Shown here one piece after another: positions 34,994-43,948 of a DNA stretch of 64,000 nt. Every line of letters starts with the position of its first letter. Position 1 is the stretch's first letter. The position numbers and the translations under genes are program-made. The notes beneath the pieces are model-generated. The model was not told where the DNA came from and made no database searches. It was given only the letters and a program-made list of their open reading frames with translations. This stretch comes from a virus (lineage: Duplodnaviria > Caudoviricetes), in the IMG/VR virus record IMGVR_UViG_3300033463_000061, positions 1-64,000 of that record; one strand, written 5' to 3'.

Positions 34994-36268
34994 CTAGAAC
35001 GGGCGTGCGGAGTCGGTTGTGGCCAGGCTGCCGTTGCTCCACTGGTACGAGCGCGTGCCGATCGCGCGGTCCAGCTGTCCGCGGAGCACGGCTATGTCCT
35101 CCATCGCGTCGGTCATGCGCTCGTAGGCGTCGACGGCCATGCGCCGCCTGGCGCTGTTGTTTGTGCCGTCGCTTTCCTCTGCGTCACGGAACGTGTACTG
35201 CGAGGCGGCCTGCGCGCTCGTCTCCGCGCCCTTGACAAGGCTGCCGCGGGTCACCCCGAGCTCCTTCTCGAGCTTCTCGAGCGTCAGGTCGTCGGTGTCC
35301 GTCGTCCAGTCGCAGATGAAGTACAGCTTGCGGCTGTTCTTGATGACGCCGAAGAGGATGGGGTCGCGGCGCTTCTCGCGCTGCTTCTTCTCCTCCTTCG
35401 CCGACACCTTCTTCTCGACCGCGGTGGCCTTCTGGATTATGTCGGAGTAGTGCGCGACGACATAGTTGTCGAACACCATCAGCTTGTCGGCGGCGAGCTT
35501 CTTCTCGACGGCCTCCTGCGGGATCTCGTCCTCGTAGTAGCGGAGGAAGTCGACCATCGTCCCGCGCTCGGACTTCCGGAGGAAGTCGATCATCGTGTCC
35601 TCCGAGACGTACGACGTGAATCCGGCCGCGATCACGACGGACTCCTCGGCGACGATCGCCTTGAGCTGCTTGACGACTTCGGCCTTCTTGTACTGGCCTG
35701 CCTGCCGCATCCCGGCCTCGACCTCGTTCAGCTTCGCCATGCGCGCGGCGAGGTCCTCGGTCGAGGTCAGCTCGATGTGGTCGAACAGGTCGACCATGGC
35801 GACTTCGACCGGCACGGTCTTCCGGTTGCGCAACCCGAAGGCGTTCCGCACCTTGTCCCACACCGTGCGCTGGGATACGAACTTCGCCTGCTTGAGGACG
35901 GATTCGTCCACCTCGCGCTCGTGCTTCTCCCGGATGTGCCACCGGTCGTCCTGCACCGCCTTGTCCATGGCGATCAGGTTCCTGGCCTGCTTGCGGAGGA
36001 TCTCCTTCTCCTCCTCGGGCTTGTCGAGCCGCTTGATGCAGCTCTCGGCCTCCTCCGGCGTCATGGAGCCGGAGAACGAGAACCCGATGGCCTTCTTGAA
36101 CTTCTCCCACTCGTCCTTGAAGCGCTTCCACTTCGGCAGCTCCTGCTCGATGTAGAAGTCCTCCAGGACGCGCAGGCGGATCTTCCCGCCAACCTCGATG
36201 AGGGAGGGGTGGTCCTTGTCGGCGACAACGACCTTCTCCGGCTTCTTGTCATTAGTCTTGGTTGCCAT
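34994..36268 (-). CDS. Conserved phage protein, RRDPILFG family, copy A
   Basis: FDNYVV...RRDPILFG..SRKLYFICDW...DDLTL; homologous to 46349..47512. Confidence 0.85.
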   Translation of the reverse strand: MATKTNDKKPEKVVVADKDHPSLIEVGGKIRLRVLEDFYIEQELPKWKRFKDEWEKFKKAIGFSFSGSMTPEEAESCIKRLDKPEEEKEILRKQARNLIAMDKAVQDDRWHIREKHEREVDESVLKQAKFVSQRTVWDKVRNAFGLRNRKTVPVEVAMVDLFDHIELTSTEDLAARMAKLNEVEAGMRQAGQYKKAEVVKQLKAIVAEESVVIAAGFTSYVSEDTMIDFLRKSERGTMVDFLRYYEDEIPQEAVEKKLAADKLMVFDNYVVAHYSDIIQKATAVEKKVSAKEEKKQREKRRDPILFGVIKNSRKLYFICDWTTDTDDLTLEKLEKELGVTRGSLVKGAETSAQAASQYTFRDAEESDGTNNSARRRMAVDAYERMTDAMEDIAVLRGQLDRAIGTRSYQWSNGSLATTDSARPF

Positions 36269-36298
36269 AGTCTTACTCCTTGTTCTCTGATTTACCGG

Positions 36299-36574
36299 TT
36301 AGCCGTGCCCGGATACTATCGCCACGATTCCTACCGGGATGTCCCTGTTGGTGGCGTCGCGCGCGAGGCGCACGCCCCGCTTTTCGACGTTCTTCCTGCA
36401 CCACGCCTTCCACGACGCGACCGCCTGCTTGAACTTTTCAGCCTTGTCCGCCTCGTCGGGGCGGTGTATGGCGGATGCCATCAGCAGGGCGTCTCCGCTC
36501 GCCAGGACCTTGGCGTACTCGTCCTGGGCCTGCGCGAGAAGCCTGTCGTAGTCGAAGGTCATGTCGATGTTCAT
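36299..36574 (-). CDS. Hypothetical protein
   Basis: 91 aa. Confidence 0.7.
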   Translation of the reverse strand: MNIDMTFDYDRLLAQAQDEYAKVLASGDALLMASAIHRPDEADKAEKFKQAVASWKAWCRKNVEKRGVRLARDATNRDIPVGIVAIVSGHG

Positions 36575-36909
36575 GTCTCCTCCTCTTCTTCGCCGTCAAG
36601 TTCCTCGACAGTACAGTCGCAGTCCGTTGGCTCGTAATAGCCACCCCGGCAGAGGGTCTCGTAGAGGTCCTGCATGGCGAACGACTTCGCCTCGTCCTCG
36701 TCCTCGGCCTCGTCCTCCCAGACGAACGGCAGCTTCTTCTGCCGCTTCATCCTGTTGTTCCACTTTTCTGACTCGACCTTGTCGGCGAGTTCCCGTGCGG
36801 TGGCCGCGGCTATCTCGCTCTGCGGCATGCCGTGGGACCAGTCGGCCGTGGCCTCGTTGCCCTCCTCCCACGACGTGACCGAGTGGATGGTGACGCGGTA
36901 TTTAGCCAT
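36571..36909 (-). CDS. Acidic hypothetical protein
   Basis: MAKYRVTI...EDEAEDEDEAKSFA. Confidence 0.75.
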   Translation of the reverse strand: MAKYRVTIHSVTSWEEGNEATADWSHGMPQSEIAAATARELADKVESEKWNNRMKRQKKLPFVWEDEAEDEDEAKSFAMQDLYETLCRGGYYEPTDCDCTVEELDGEEEEET

Positions 36910-37483
36910 TGACCGCCCCCTTCTTTGTGAGCTCGTAGGCATACACCTGCGCTTCGGAGCCGGAGTCGTTCACTATGGTATAGAGTCCGTCCTCCGGGAT
37001 CTCCCCGTCGTCGCCAGGCTCGGGGGCTGACGTGACGGTCCATCCGGACGTGGTCTCCCCGCTTTCGGGGTCTGTCCAGCACACGCGGTCGTCGACCCTG
37101 AAGGTCGTCTCCTGCGCCTGCCTGAAGTCGTAGGCCTTTACGAGCGCCATCCCCTTCTCGGTGAGCCGGCACACCGGGATCTTGACGAACCCGGACGGCT
37201 CCCACCGTAGAGGCGGAGTCTCGATGATCTGCGCCGTGGCAAGCGTCCTGACGTTGCCCGCGCCCTCCGAATAGTCCTTCACGAGGACGCAGTCGTTCTC
37301 GACGTCCGCGTTCACGAGGTTCACCGTCAGGGTACCCCAGGGTTCGCCGTCCTCGCACGTCGCCTCAAGGGCGATGCCGCCGCCGAACCGGTAACGCGTG
37401 GCCCTTACGGTCACGTTCTTGCACCTGAGGCTCCCGTCTGGGTTGAGCATGTTAACCAGGATGCCGTCTTTTGCTTCTGCCAT
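36902..37483 (-). CDS. DUF4313-like protein with an extra C-terminal domain
   Basis: EPWGTLTVNL...SGFVKIPVC. Confidence 0.6.
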   Translation of the reverse strand: MAEAKDGILVNMLNPDGSLRCKNVTVRATRYRFGGGIALEATCEDGEPWGTLTVNLVNADVENDCVLVKDYSEGAGNVRTLATAQIIETPPLRWEPSGFVKIPVCRLTEKGMALVKAYDFRQAQETTFRVDDRVCWTDPESGETTSGWTVTSAPEPGDDGEIPEDGLYTIVNDSGSEAQVYAYELTKKGAVNG

Positions 37484-37502
37484 GGAATTGCCTCCTTGTC
37501 GT

Positions 37503-38078
37503 TTATTCGCCAGACGGACTCCAGTCCGTCGGGTACGGAGCGTATTTCGCGCGGACTTCCGGCGTCGGGTTCCAGCTGCGCGCTTCATCTACGTGCCATT
37601 TGACGTGCTGCAGCACGGCGTCGTATGCCAGCTTTTCCCTGTTTGCGATCTCGCAGATGTAGTGGTTGCGCTTTCCGTGGTCCTTGTCCTCCGGTTCGCC
37701 GTCCTTTGCGCCGGCGCGGTACTCGTACTTCACCGCAGAGCCCCACTTGAAGTCGAGCTCCTTGTAGTCGATGTAGTCCTCCAGGTACAGGCCGCACGGC
37801 AGCTGGTAGTAGCTGGTGTGGTGGATCTGCTGGTTGTTCGGCTCCGCCGCTGGGGCGGGCGGCTGGACCGGTTCGGACCTCTCGCCGCAGATCTCCGCCT
37901 CGTGGCTCTGCACGATCCGGCGGATGCGCTTCACGGCCGCCTGGCTTGCGACCGGGCACGGCTCGTTCGGCTGCCCGACGACGTCGTCAACCTCCGCCAC
38001 GGCGTCGAGTACGTCCTTGAAGGCCTCTACGCACCCCATGGCTGTGTTGAGCTGGCATTCGTATTCTTCTAGTGTCAT
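37503..38078 (-). CDS. DUF3310 (SaV/T7 gp1.7-like) domain protein
   Basis: IHHTSYY...FKWGSAVKYEYRAGAKDG..KD..K. Confidence 0.75.
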   Translation of the reverse strand: MTLEEYECQLNTAMGCVEAFKDVLDAVAEVDDVVGQPNEPCPVASQAAVKRIRRIVQSHEAEICGERSEPVQPPAPAAEPNNQQIHHTSYYQLPCGLYLEDYIDYKELDFKWGSAVKYEYRAGAKDGEPEDKDHGKRNHYICEIANREKLAYDAVLQHVKWHVDEARSWNPTPEVRAKYAPYPTDWSPSGE

Positions 38079-38263
38079 TTTTTCCGCCTTTCGTTGTGCA
38101 TCGAGTTCCAGCCGGTCACGGCGTCGTCCGGGGACTGCGTTACAGGGCCTAACGCCCCGCACCTGCCGCACCGCACGACGTACGGCGGCTTCGACTGCAG
38201 GTGCAGGAAAGCCTGCCCCGCCCTGCAGCGGGGGCACGGCTTTACATCGTAGCCGGTGATCAT
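38075..38263 (-). CDS. Lar-like restriction-alleviation zinc-ribbon protein
   Basis: KPCPRC...VRCGRCGALGP...AVTGWN. Confidence 0.7.
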   Translation of the reverse strand: MITGYDVKPCPRCRAGQAFLHLQSKPPYVVRCGRCGALGPVTQSPDDAVTGWNSMHNERRKK

Positions 38264-38757
38264 GGCTCCCCCTTTGACGTTATGCGCCCGTACACCCCGT
38301 GCGTCCCGAAGTCGACCATGTGCTCGCGCTTCTGGGTTATCCAGTGGCGAATGCAGTGCATGTCGACGTAGAGCCCGCGCTTCTCCGCAGCCGCAAGTAT
38401 GCCGTCGAGCGCGTCCTGCTCCGTGCCGCACGCGTCGGAGACAGTGAACTCGACCGTGCCGTCCTTCACCCGGACGAGCTCGGCTACGTACGGCGGAGGG
38501 CCGACTAGCGGCAGCGCGTTCGTCTCCTGCACGAGCTCGTGCCGCGGCTCCTCCGGGGCGTCCGGAGCGCCGGGCTCCTTCGGTTTAGGAGCGGGCAGGA
38601 CGAGCCCGAGCTCGCCGGCGTAGCGCTTGAGCAGCCGCCTCAGCGCGACGATCGTGTCCTGGCTCTGCGCCGGGCAGGGCGTGCCCGGCATACCGACGAC
38701 GCCATCCACGCCCCACACGCGGTCGACGACCGTCTGCAGCAGTTCGTTTGCAGTCAT
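38260..38757 (-). CDS. Hypothetical protein
   Basis: 165 aa; N-terminus shared with 37503..38078. Confidence 0.75.
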   Translation of the reverse strand: MTANELLQTVVDRVWGVDGVVGMPGTPCPAQSQDTIVALRRLLKRYAGELGLVLPAPKPKEPGAPDAPEEPRHELVQETNALPLVGPPPYVAELVRVKDGTVEFTVSDACGTEQDALDGILAAAEKRGLYVDMHCIRHWITQKREHMVDFGTHGVYGRITSKGEP

Positions 38758-38761
38758 GGCG

Positions 38762-39271
38762 CTACGCCCCCTCGAAGAACTCGTTGAGCATGTCGTGAGC
38801 CGGCTGCAGGCTCGGGTGCGCGGCGAGGATGGACTGCACGTCCGTGTCCTCGCCGATGCAGAAGTCCTCGATGAACTCCTTCGTGAAGAGCGCGGCGCCC
38901 TCCTTGCACAGCGGCTCGACCAGCTTCTCGGCCAGCTTCGCCCGCACGTGCGCGACCTTCTCCTTCTCCATGTCGAGCAGGTCGCTGTCGTGGATGATCG
39001 TCGTGATCATCTCGCCGGCGATGTACTCGGCGGCCTGCGCGTTGCCGGGCTCCGTCTCTTGGCCAGTCGCCGTTTTCGCCGCCCCTTTCCCGTACTCCAG
39101 CGTGAACTTGACCAGGCACGACCAGTCGGAGGCGTAGGGACAGCCTTTGCACTTGTGTGGCGTGTTCTCCACGGTCTGTCCGCCGCAGAAGCTCCCGCGG
39201 CGGGCCTCCTTCTCGCGCCGCGCGCAGAAATCCCGGTGCGCACGGCATATCTCTTCAACCCTGTCTCCCAT
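38762..39271 (-). CDS. Hypothetical protein
   Basis: Start MGDRVE; CKGCPY. Confidence 0.75.
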   Translation of the reverse strand: MGDRVEEICRAHRDFCARREKEARRGSFCGGQTVENTPHKCKGCPYASDWSCLVKFTLEYGKGAAKTATGQETEPGNAQAAEYIAGEMITTIIHDSDLLDMEKEKVAHVRAKLAEKLVEPLCKEGAALFTKEFIEDFCIGEDTDVQSILAAHPSLQPAHDMLNEFFEGA

Positions 39272-39273
39272 GC

Positions 39274-42081
39274 TTACTCCTTTACCTTTTGGCCCCAGCG
39301 CTCGTAGACGTCGATGTCGACGCCGAGCGTGAAGAATCTGTCCGGCCCCAGCGGTATGTGGATGTCCCCCAACGTGTGGTGGAACATGTACTTGGTCACT
39401 TCGATCTCGTCCTTCGGCACGTGCAGCATGACTGCATCGTGAATTTGGTTTTGTATCTCGAAGTGCATCCCGTGCTCGACACGCCACGCCTGCATCTTGT
39501 CCATCGCGAGCTGCACCGCGTCGCTGACGGTCGACTGAATCGGGAAGTTGGCGAAGTTGCGCTCCGCCCCCGCGTCGCGCTGCCCCCTGAGGAGGAACGG
39601 CGCGCGCCGGATCCGCCCGAACGGGTTCCTGATGAACCCCGGGTCGTAGACCTTCGCCATGCAGCTCTCGATGAACGCCCACGCGACCGGGTATTCCACC
39701 TCCTTCCAGGTCTTGATGACCTGGTCGAGCTGCGCGGCCAGCACGTCTATCGACTCGGCGGCTCCCGTTTCGGCCTTGACCTGGATCGCCGTGTCGCGTC
39801 CGCCCCGACCGTACAGGATCCCGAAGTTCACGTTCTTGCCGGAGATGCGCGGCCCCGCCTTGAACTGGGCGTAGGTGAGCTCGTTGCCGTGGGCGTCCCT
39901 GAAGACCAGGTGCTTCTGCCAGGTCTTGAACTCCTTGTTCTCCGCGTCACCGCCGTACTGCGTGCGCACGAGCTCGACCACGTCGTCCTCCGTCCACTCC
40001 TTGTGGTTCTCGTCGAACATGTGGTAGCCGAACGCCTTCGCGGCGATGGACGTGTGCATGTCCCGGCCAGGGGTCTTGAGCATGTCGATCATGTGAGGGT
40101 CGCCAGACAGGCTTGCTATAGTGAATAGCTCAGCTTGTTGAAAGTCGGCCTCCATCATGACCATCCCGGGCGGCGGCACGACGATCGTCCGGATCAACGG
40201 CGGCATGTTGTCCTTCCCGAAGATCTCGGCCATGAAGCCCTCGGCCTTCTTGGGCCAGTTCTGGGCGTTCGGGGCGCTCGACTTGAACCGGCTCGTGGTG
40301 GAGAGCTGCGACATGTGGCTGTGCAGGCGTCCGTCGGCCCAGAGCTGGGCCTCCAGCCCGCGGTCCGTGTTCGTCGCGTCCACGTGCCGAAGCCACGTCT
40401 TGACGGGCTGCTCGACGCGCCTGTACTGCAGGAGCGTCCTGACGAGCGGGTGGGCGTCGCCGAGGATCTCGAGCGTCTGCTTGTCCGTCCCGGGCGACTC
40501 GTCCATCTCCTCGTCCATGCCCCAGTTGCCGACGGCCTCGGCCCAGTCCTTGCCGGCCGTGGTCTTGACCGGCGGCAGCCCGAGCTTCTTGAAGAGGAGC
40601 TCGCGCACCTGCGCCGACGACCCGGGGTTGAAGTCCGGGAGCCCAGCCTCGGCCGCCCCGAGGACGACCTGCGACAGCAGCTCCGCCTTCTTGCCCTGGA
40701 ACGCGTCGATGAGCTCGTTGAGCCTCTGCCGGTCGACGGGCAGGCCGGTGCCCTCGATCTCGTAGATGACGCGCTGGGTGTTCAGCGTCGTCTGCAGCAT
40801 GGACGGGTACTCCCCGCCCACGCCGCGCGGCTCCAGGTAGCCGATCTTCGCGAGCTCGGGGAGCTGGCCCTCCATGATGTACCTGAGGCAGTCGACGTCC
40901 GCCGCGCCGTAGGGCAGGAGTATCCTGTCCGGGACGTTGCCGAACCCGAGCTTGCACTCCTTGCCGTGGCGCTTCACCCAGCACTCGAGCTCGGAGCAGT
41001 AGCGCCCGTATGGCGCGTACCGCATGGCCGCCTCCTCCAGGCCGAACGGGCCGTCTTCGCAGAGCAGGTACCCGCCGAGCATCGTGTCGTACACGACGCG
41101 ACGGCGGATGTCTATGCCCTCCTGCAGGAGCCACTCGCCGTCCGCGATGACGTTGTGACCTACGATCCCGAACCTGGGGTCCTCGAGCCACCGCTTGACC
41201 GCCGCCATCACCGACTTCGTGTCCGGATTGGACGGCAGTCCGCCGGCCTCGTGCAGCTTGACGATCGCGACCTGCCCCTTGGCGTAGCCGATCTGGATCG
41301 TCCTGATGTAGCGGCACGGGTCGAGCCAGTTCTTGCCGTCCCATTCGCAGTCCAGGCAGAGGAGCCCGTCCGCGCCCGGGAAGCCAAGGGCGTGCTCGTG
41401 GACGAAGTCGACGTCCTCAGGCGTCGTCAGCACGTCGTACCTCGGACGCTGCGCGGCGTAGGCGGCCAGCAGGTCCTCGCCGTCGGCGATCCGCTTGACG
41501 AGTCTAAGCTCCCGCACTGCCGAATGGACGAGGACGTGCTGCGGGATGTCCGCCAGAGACATCCTGTCCTTGTACCCCTCTCCCCCGTTCATCATCACCT
41601 GCGGCAGGTTGTACGTGGGGAACAGCATCCACCCGGCGCTCGTGGGGACTGGCTCGCCGCGGCAGCACGCAAACGGGTACATGCGCGCGTCGGCGACGGC
41701 AGCCCATGCGTCTGCACCGAACGCGACGACGACCTTCGGGGCGATCGCCCTTATTTCGTCGCCGAGCATCGTGGCGCATTTCGCCTTGTCAGTCGACGAC
41801 GGCTTCTTGCCTGCCGAGAACGGATACTTCACCGTGTAGGTGTAGTAGCACCTGTCCGCCGAGATGTCGGCCTGCTTGAGGAGCCACCGGAGGCATTTGC
41901 CGACGCGGTCCGAAAGCGGCCGGTTTGTCCGCTTGATCTCGTCGCCGGGCCACGAGTCGACAAAGACGACGTCCGCCTGCGGATTGCCGCACCCGTTGTA
42001 CCACCGCTTCCCTCCGATGTCCTTGTATGGCTCGTCGAACCGGTGTATCTCGGGGGCGTCCTGCACGTCAGTCTTCGCCAT
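39274..42081 (-). CDS. polA: Family A DNA polymerase with an N-terminal UDG-like domain and 3'-5' exonuclease
   Basis: Exo motifs LDCEW, HNVIAD, YGAAD; polymerase motif A ADFQQAEL, motif B RISGKNVNFGILYG, motif C IHDAV; GNPQADVVFV...EIRAIAPKVVVAFG UDG fold. Confidence 0.95.
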   Translation of the reverse strand: MAKTDVQDAPEIHRFDEPYKDIGGKRWYNGCGNPQADVVFVDSWPGDEIKRTNRPLSDRVGKCLRWLLKQADISADRCYYTYTVKYPFSAGKKPSSTDKAKCATMLGDEIRAIAPKVVVAFGADAWAAVADARMYPFACCRGEPVPTSAGWMLFPTYNLPQVMMNGGEGYKDRMSLADIPQHVLVHSAVRELRLVKRIADGEDLLAAYAAQRPRYDVLTTPEDVDFVHEHALGFPGADGLLCLDCEWDGKNWLDPCRYIRTIQIGYAKGQVAIVKLHEAGGLPSNPDTKSVMAAVKRWLEDPRFGIVGHNVIADGEWLLQEGIDIRRRVVYDTMLGGYLLCEDGPFGLEEAAMRYAPYGRYCSELECWVKRHGKECKLGFGNVPDRILLPYGAADVDCLRYIMEGQLPELAKIGYLEPRGVGGEYPSMLQTTLNTQRVIYEIEGTGLPVDRQRLNELIDAFQGKKAELLSQVVLGAAEAGLPDFNPGSSAQVRELLFKKLGLPPVKTTAGKDWAEAVGNWGMDEEMDESPGTDKQTLEILGDAHPLVRTLLQYRRVEQPVKTWLRHVDATNTDRGLEAQLWADGRLHSHMSQLSTTSRFKSSAPNAQNWPKKAEGFMAEIFGKDNMPPLIRTIVVPPPGMVMMEADFQQAELFTIASLSGDPHMIDMLKTPGRDMHTSIAAKAFGYHMFDENHKEWTEDDVVELVRTQYGGDAENKEFKTWQKHLVFRDAHGNELTYAQFKAGPRISGKNVNFGILYGRGGRDTAIQVKAETGAAESIDVLAAQLDQVIKTWKEVEYPVAWAFIESCMAKVYDPGFIRNPFGRIRRAPFLLRGQRDAGAERNFANFPIQSTVSDAVQLAMDKMQAWRVEHGMHFEIQNQIHDAVMLHVPKDEIEVTKYMFHHTLGDIHIPLGPDRFFTLGVDIDVYERWGQKVKE

Positions 42082-42550
42082 GCGGCTCCTCGGGCTGGAG
42101 CGCCAGTCCCTTGACCGTGGCCGCGAGCGTCTTGGCGACGTGCGCTTTGACCTGCTCGCCAATTATCCGGAACACCCAGTTTCCCTGGCCGACCTCGAAC
42201 AGGGCCATGTTCTCGTCGACGCGCCGCCTGATGGACTTCTCAAGTTCGTCCGACATCTCGCCCACCTGGCGCAGCACTTCGTCCCGAAACGACCTTCTGA
42301 TCTCCGCGCGGATGTGCTCCCTCGCCTCCTCCGTAAGGCGGATCATGTTGTCGTCCCGGTGGGGGCACCAGATGCCAAGCGTCGTGCTGCCGTGTATCGT
42401 GGCCAGGATCAGCTTGTCTATACGGGCCGCAACCTGCTCCTTTACCTGCCTTTCAACGGCCTTCTCCACCAGCTCCGTGATGTCAACGTCCGGTAGGGTC
42501 ACTGTCGGTGTCACGCACTTGCGCGCCTTTTCGCCGTTTGCTTTGCTCAT
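42068..42550 (-). CDS. Hypothetical helical protein
   Basis: 160 aa; AAGGAGG RBS. Confidence 0.75.
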   Translation of the reverse strand: MSKANGEKARKCVTPTVTLPDVDITELVEKAVERQVKEQVAARIDKLILATIHGSTTLGIWCPHRDDNMIRLTEEAREHIRAEIRRSFRDEVLRQVGEMSDELEKSIRRRVDENMALFEVGQGNWVFRIIGEQVKAHVAKTLAATVKGLALQPEEPHGED

Positions 42551-42573
42551 GTCTACCCTCCTTTTTGTCGTGT

Positions 42574-43404
42574 TCAGCTCAGTGCTTCTTTGTTAACCAT
42601 TCGGTTACACCCGTGGACGAGTGCGTCGTTGTGCGCGAGGGCGCAGTCCGCGCGGTCGCACATCTTGCACCACCGCGCGTCGCCTGCCGCGATCTCATCC
42701 TCGGTTGCCGCCCGTACACCTGCCGGAAGCCCGTTGTCGGCTGGCTTTGACTCCTCCAGCGGGGCTTGCGCCTCCTCCGTAGGTGCCGTCCTGTGCCAGA
42801 GGCGGACGACGCCGAGGCGGTAGAGCTTGACCAGCTCCTCCAGGAACAGCTTGCGCCGGTACGGGGCGTCCTTGTCGTTCCTGTGGATCTCGCGCGCCAT
42901 CTCGGGCGTGATGTACGTCTCGGTGCGGAACTGCTCCGGGAGCTGCAGCGCGGACCTGTAGCCGCTTACATGCACCCATTTGGCCTGCGGAAACGAGCAC
43001 GTCGGACCGTCCTCAAGGTAGAACATGAAGTCGAACGACCTCTTGAACTCCTTGTAGTGGTCGGCACACCACTTTTTCAGCCTCTCGCCGGCGAACTCGG
43101 CCGGAAGCACGAACGTCAGGCGCATGATCCTGACGTCGTCGTGGAAGTGCGCCTTCTTGAAGTCGGCCATGAAGTCGCCCCACGAGCGCTTGATCTCGAA
43201 CTCGTGCAGGTAGCCTGCGTCGGTCACCTGCACGAGGTCGCACTCCATGCGCTTGAAGAACCCGAACGAGACGTTCGGGATCGACTCGTCGACACCGGTG
43301 TGCGTGACAAGGGCGCGCTGGATCTCGGCGACAGACCACTTGGTGGCCAGCGTGCTGTTCGCCACGCCGGCTCCGTTCGCGTCATCAGGCTTGCTGTCTG
43401 GCAT
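42574..43404 (-). CDS. PD-(D/E)xK nuclease, MmcB-like
   Basis: ECDLV...HEFEIKRSWGDFMADFKK. Confidence 0.7.
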   Translation of the reverse strand: MPDSKPDDANGAGVANSTLATKWSVAEIQRALVTHTGVDESIPNVSFGFFKRMECDLVQVTDAGYLHEFEIKRSWGDFMADFKKAHFHDDVRIMRLTFVLPAEFAGERLKKWCADHYKEFKRSFDFMFYLEDGPTCSFPQAKWVHVSGYRSALQLPEQFRTETYITPEMAREIHRNDKDAPYRRKLFLEELVKLYRLGVVRLWHRTAPTEEAQAPLEESKPADNGLPAGVRAATEDEIAAGDARWCKMCDRADCALAHNDALVHGCNRMVNKEALS

Positions 43405-43516
43405 TTGCCGCCTCCTTCCGCTCCTTATAGCAGAGCTTGCAGTACCGCATGTTCGACTTGCACTTCCCGCCGCATACCTTGCAGCGCTTGGACGGGTTTC
43501 TGGTCTTCCCGCTCAT
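43385..43516 (-). CDS. Small zinc-finger protein, 43 aa
   Basis: CKVCGG...YCKLCY; ATGA coupling; below the ORF-track length cutoff. Confidence 0.65.
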   Translation of the reverse strand: MSGKTRNPSKRCKVCGGKCKSNMRYCKLCYKERKEAANARQQA

Positions 43517-43722
43517 CCCTTCACTCCCACCTGCTCGACGCCGACTCCGCCGGCGGCACAGGTCACCGCCGGAGAGCCGTCCCAGTTTTTCTTGCAGTCA
43601 GGCGGCCAGCCGGACGGCCCGACGTTGATGCGCACGGGCGGCCGGGTCGGGGGGTTCTCCACGATGCGGCGGATTTCCTCCTCCGTCCCCTCGTAGACGA
43701 TTCCGTCAACTGTCGCTTTCAT
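43513..43722 (-). CDS. Hypothetical protein
   Basis: MKATVDGIVYEGTEEEI; GGAGG RBS. Confidence 0.7.
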   Translation of the reverse strand: MKATVDGIVYEGTEEEIRRIVENPPTRPPVRINVGPSGWPPDCKKNWDGSPAVTCAAGGVGVEQVGVKG

Positions 43723-43948
43723 TTTTAGCCTCCTTTTTCTTCTCACCGCGGTTGATGCGCAACTCGGGGTGGCGGATCATGAAGATTCCCGCGTTCAATG
43801 CCCCGGCAAGCGCGCTGAAGCAGTCCCAGCAGAAGACATGCCCCATGACGGTGTACGCCTTCTCGTCCGGCTTCAGGTCGTAGACCGGGAGCGGGTAGAT
43901 TACCTCGTCATCCCGTATCTCCGCTCCGCACGCCCAGCAGTTACACAT
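43706..43948 (-). CDS. Small zinc-finger protein
   Basis: CWAC...CWDC. Confidence 0.7.
   Translation of the reverse strand: MCNCWACGAEIRDDEVIYPLPVYDLKPDEKAYTVMGHVFCWDCFSALAGALNAGIFMIRHPELRINRGEKKKEAKNESDS

Noticed and set aside
43385-43516. Possible frameshift fusing a zinc finger to the MmcB-like nuclease
   Set aside because: On re-reading, it is an ordinary 43-aa ORF with its own start and stop
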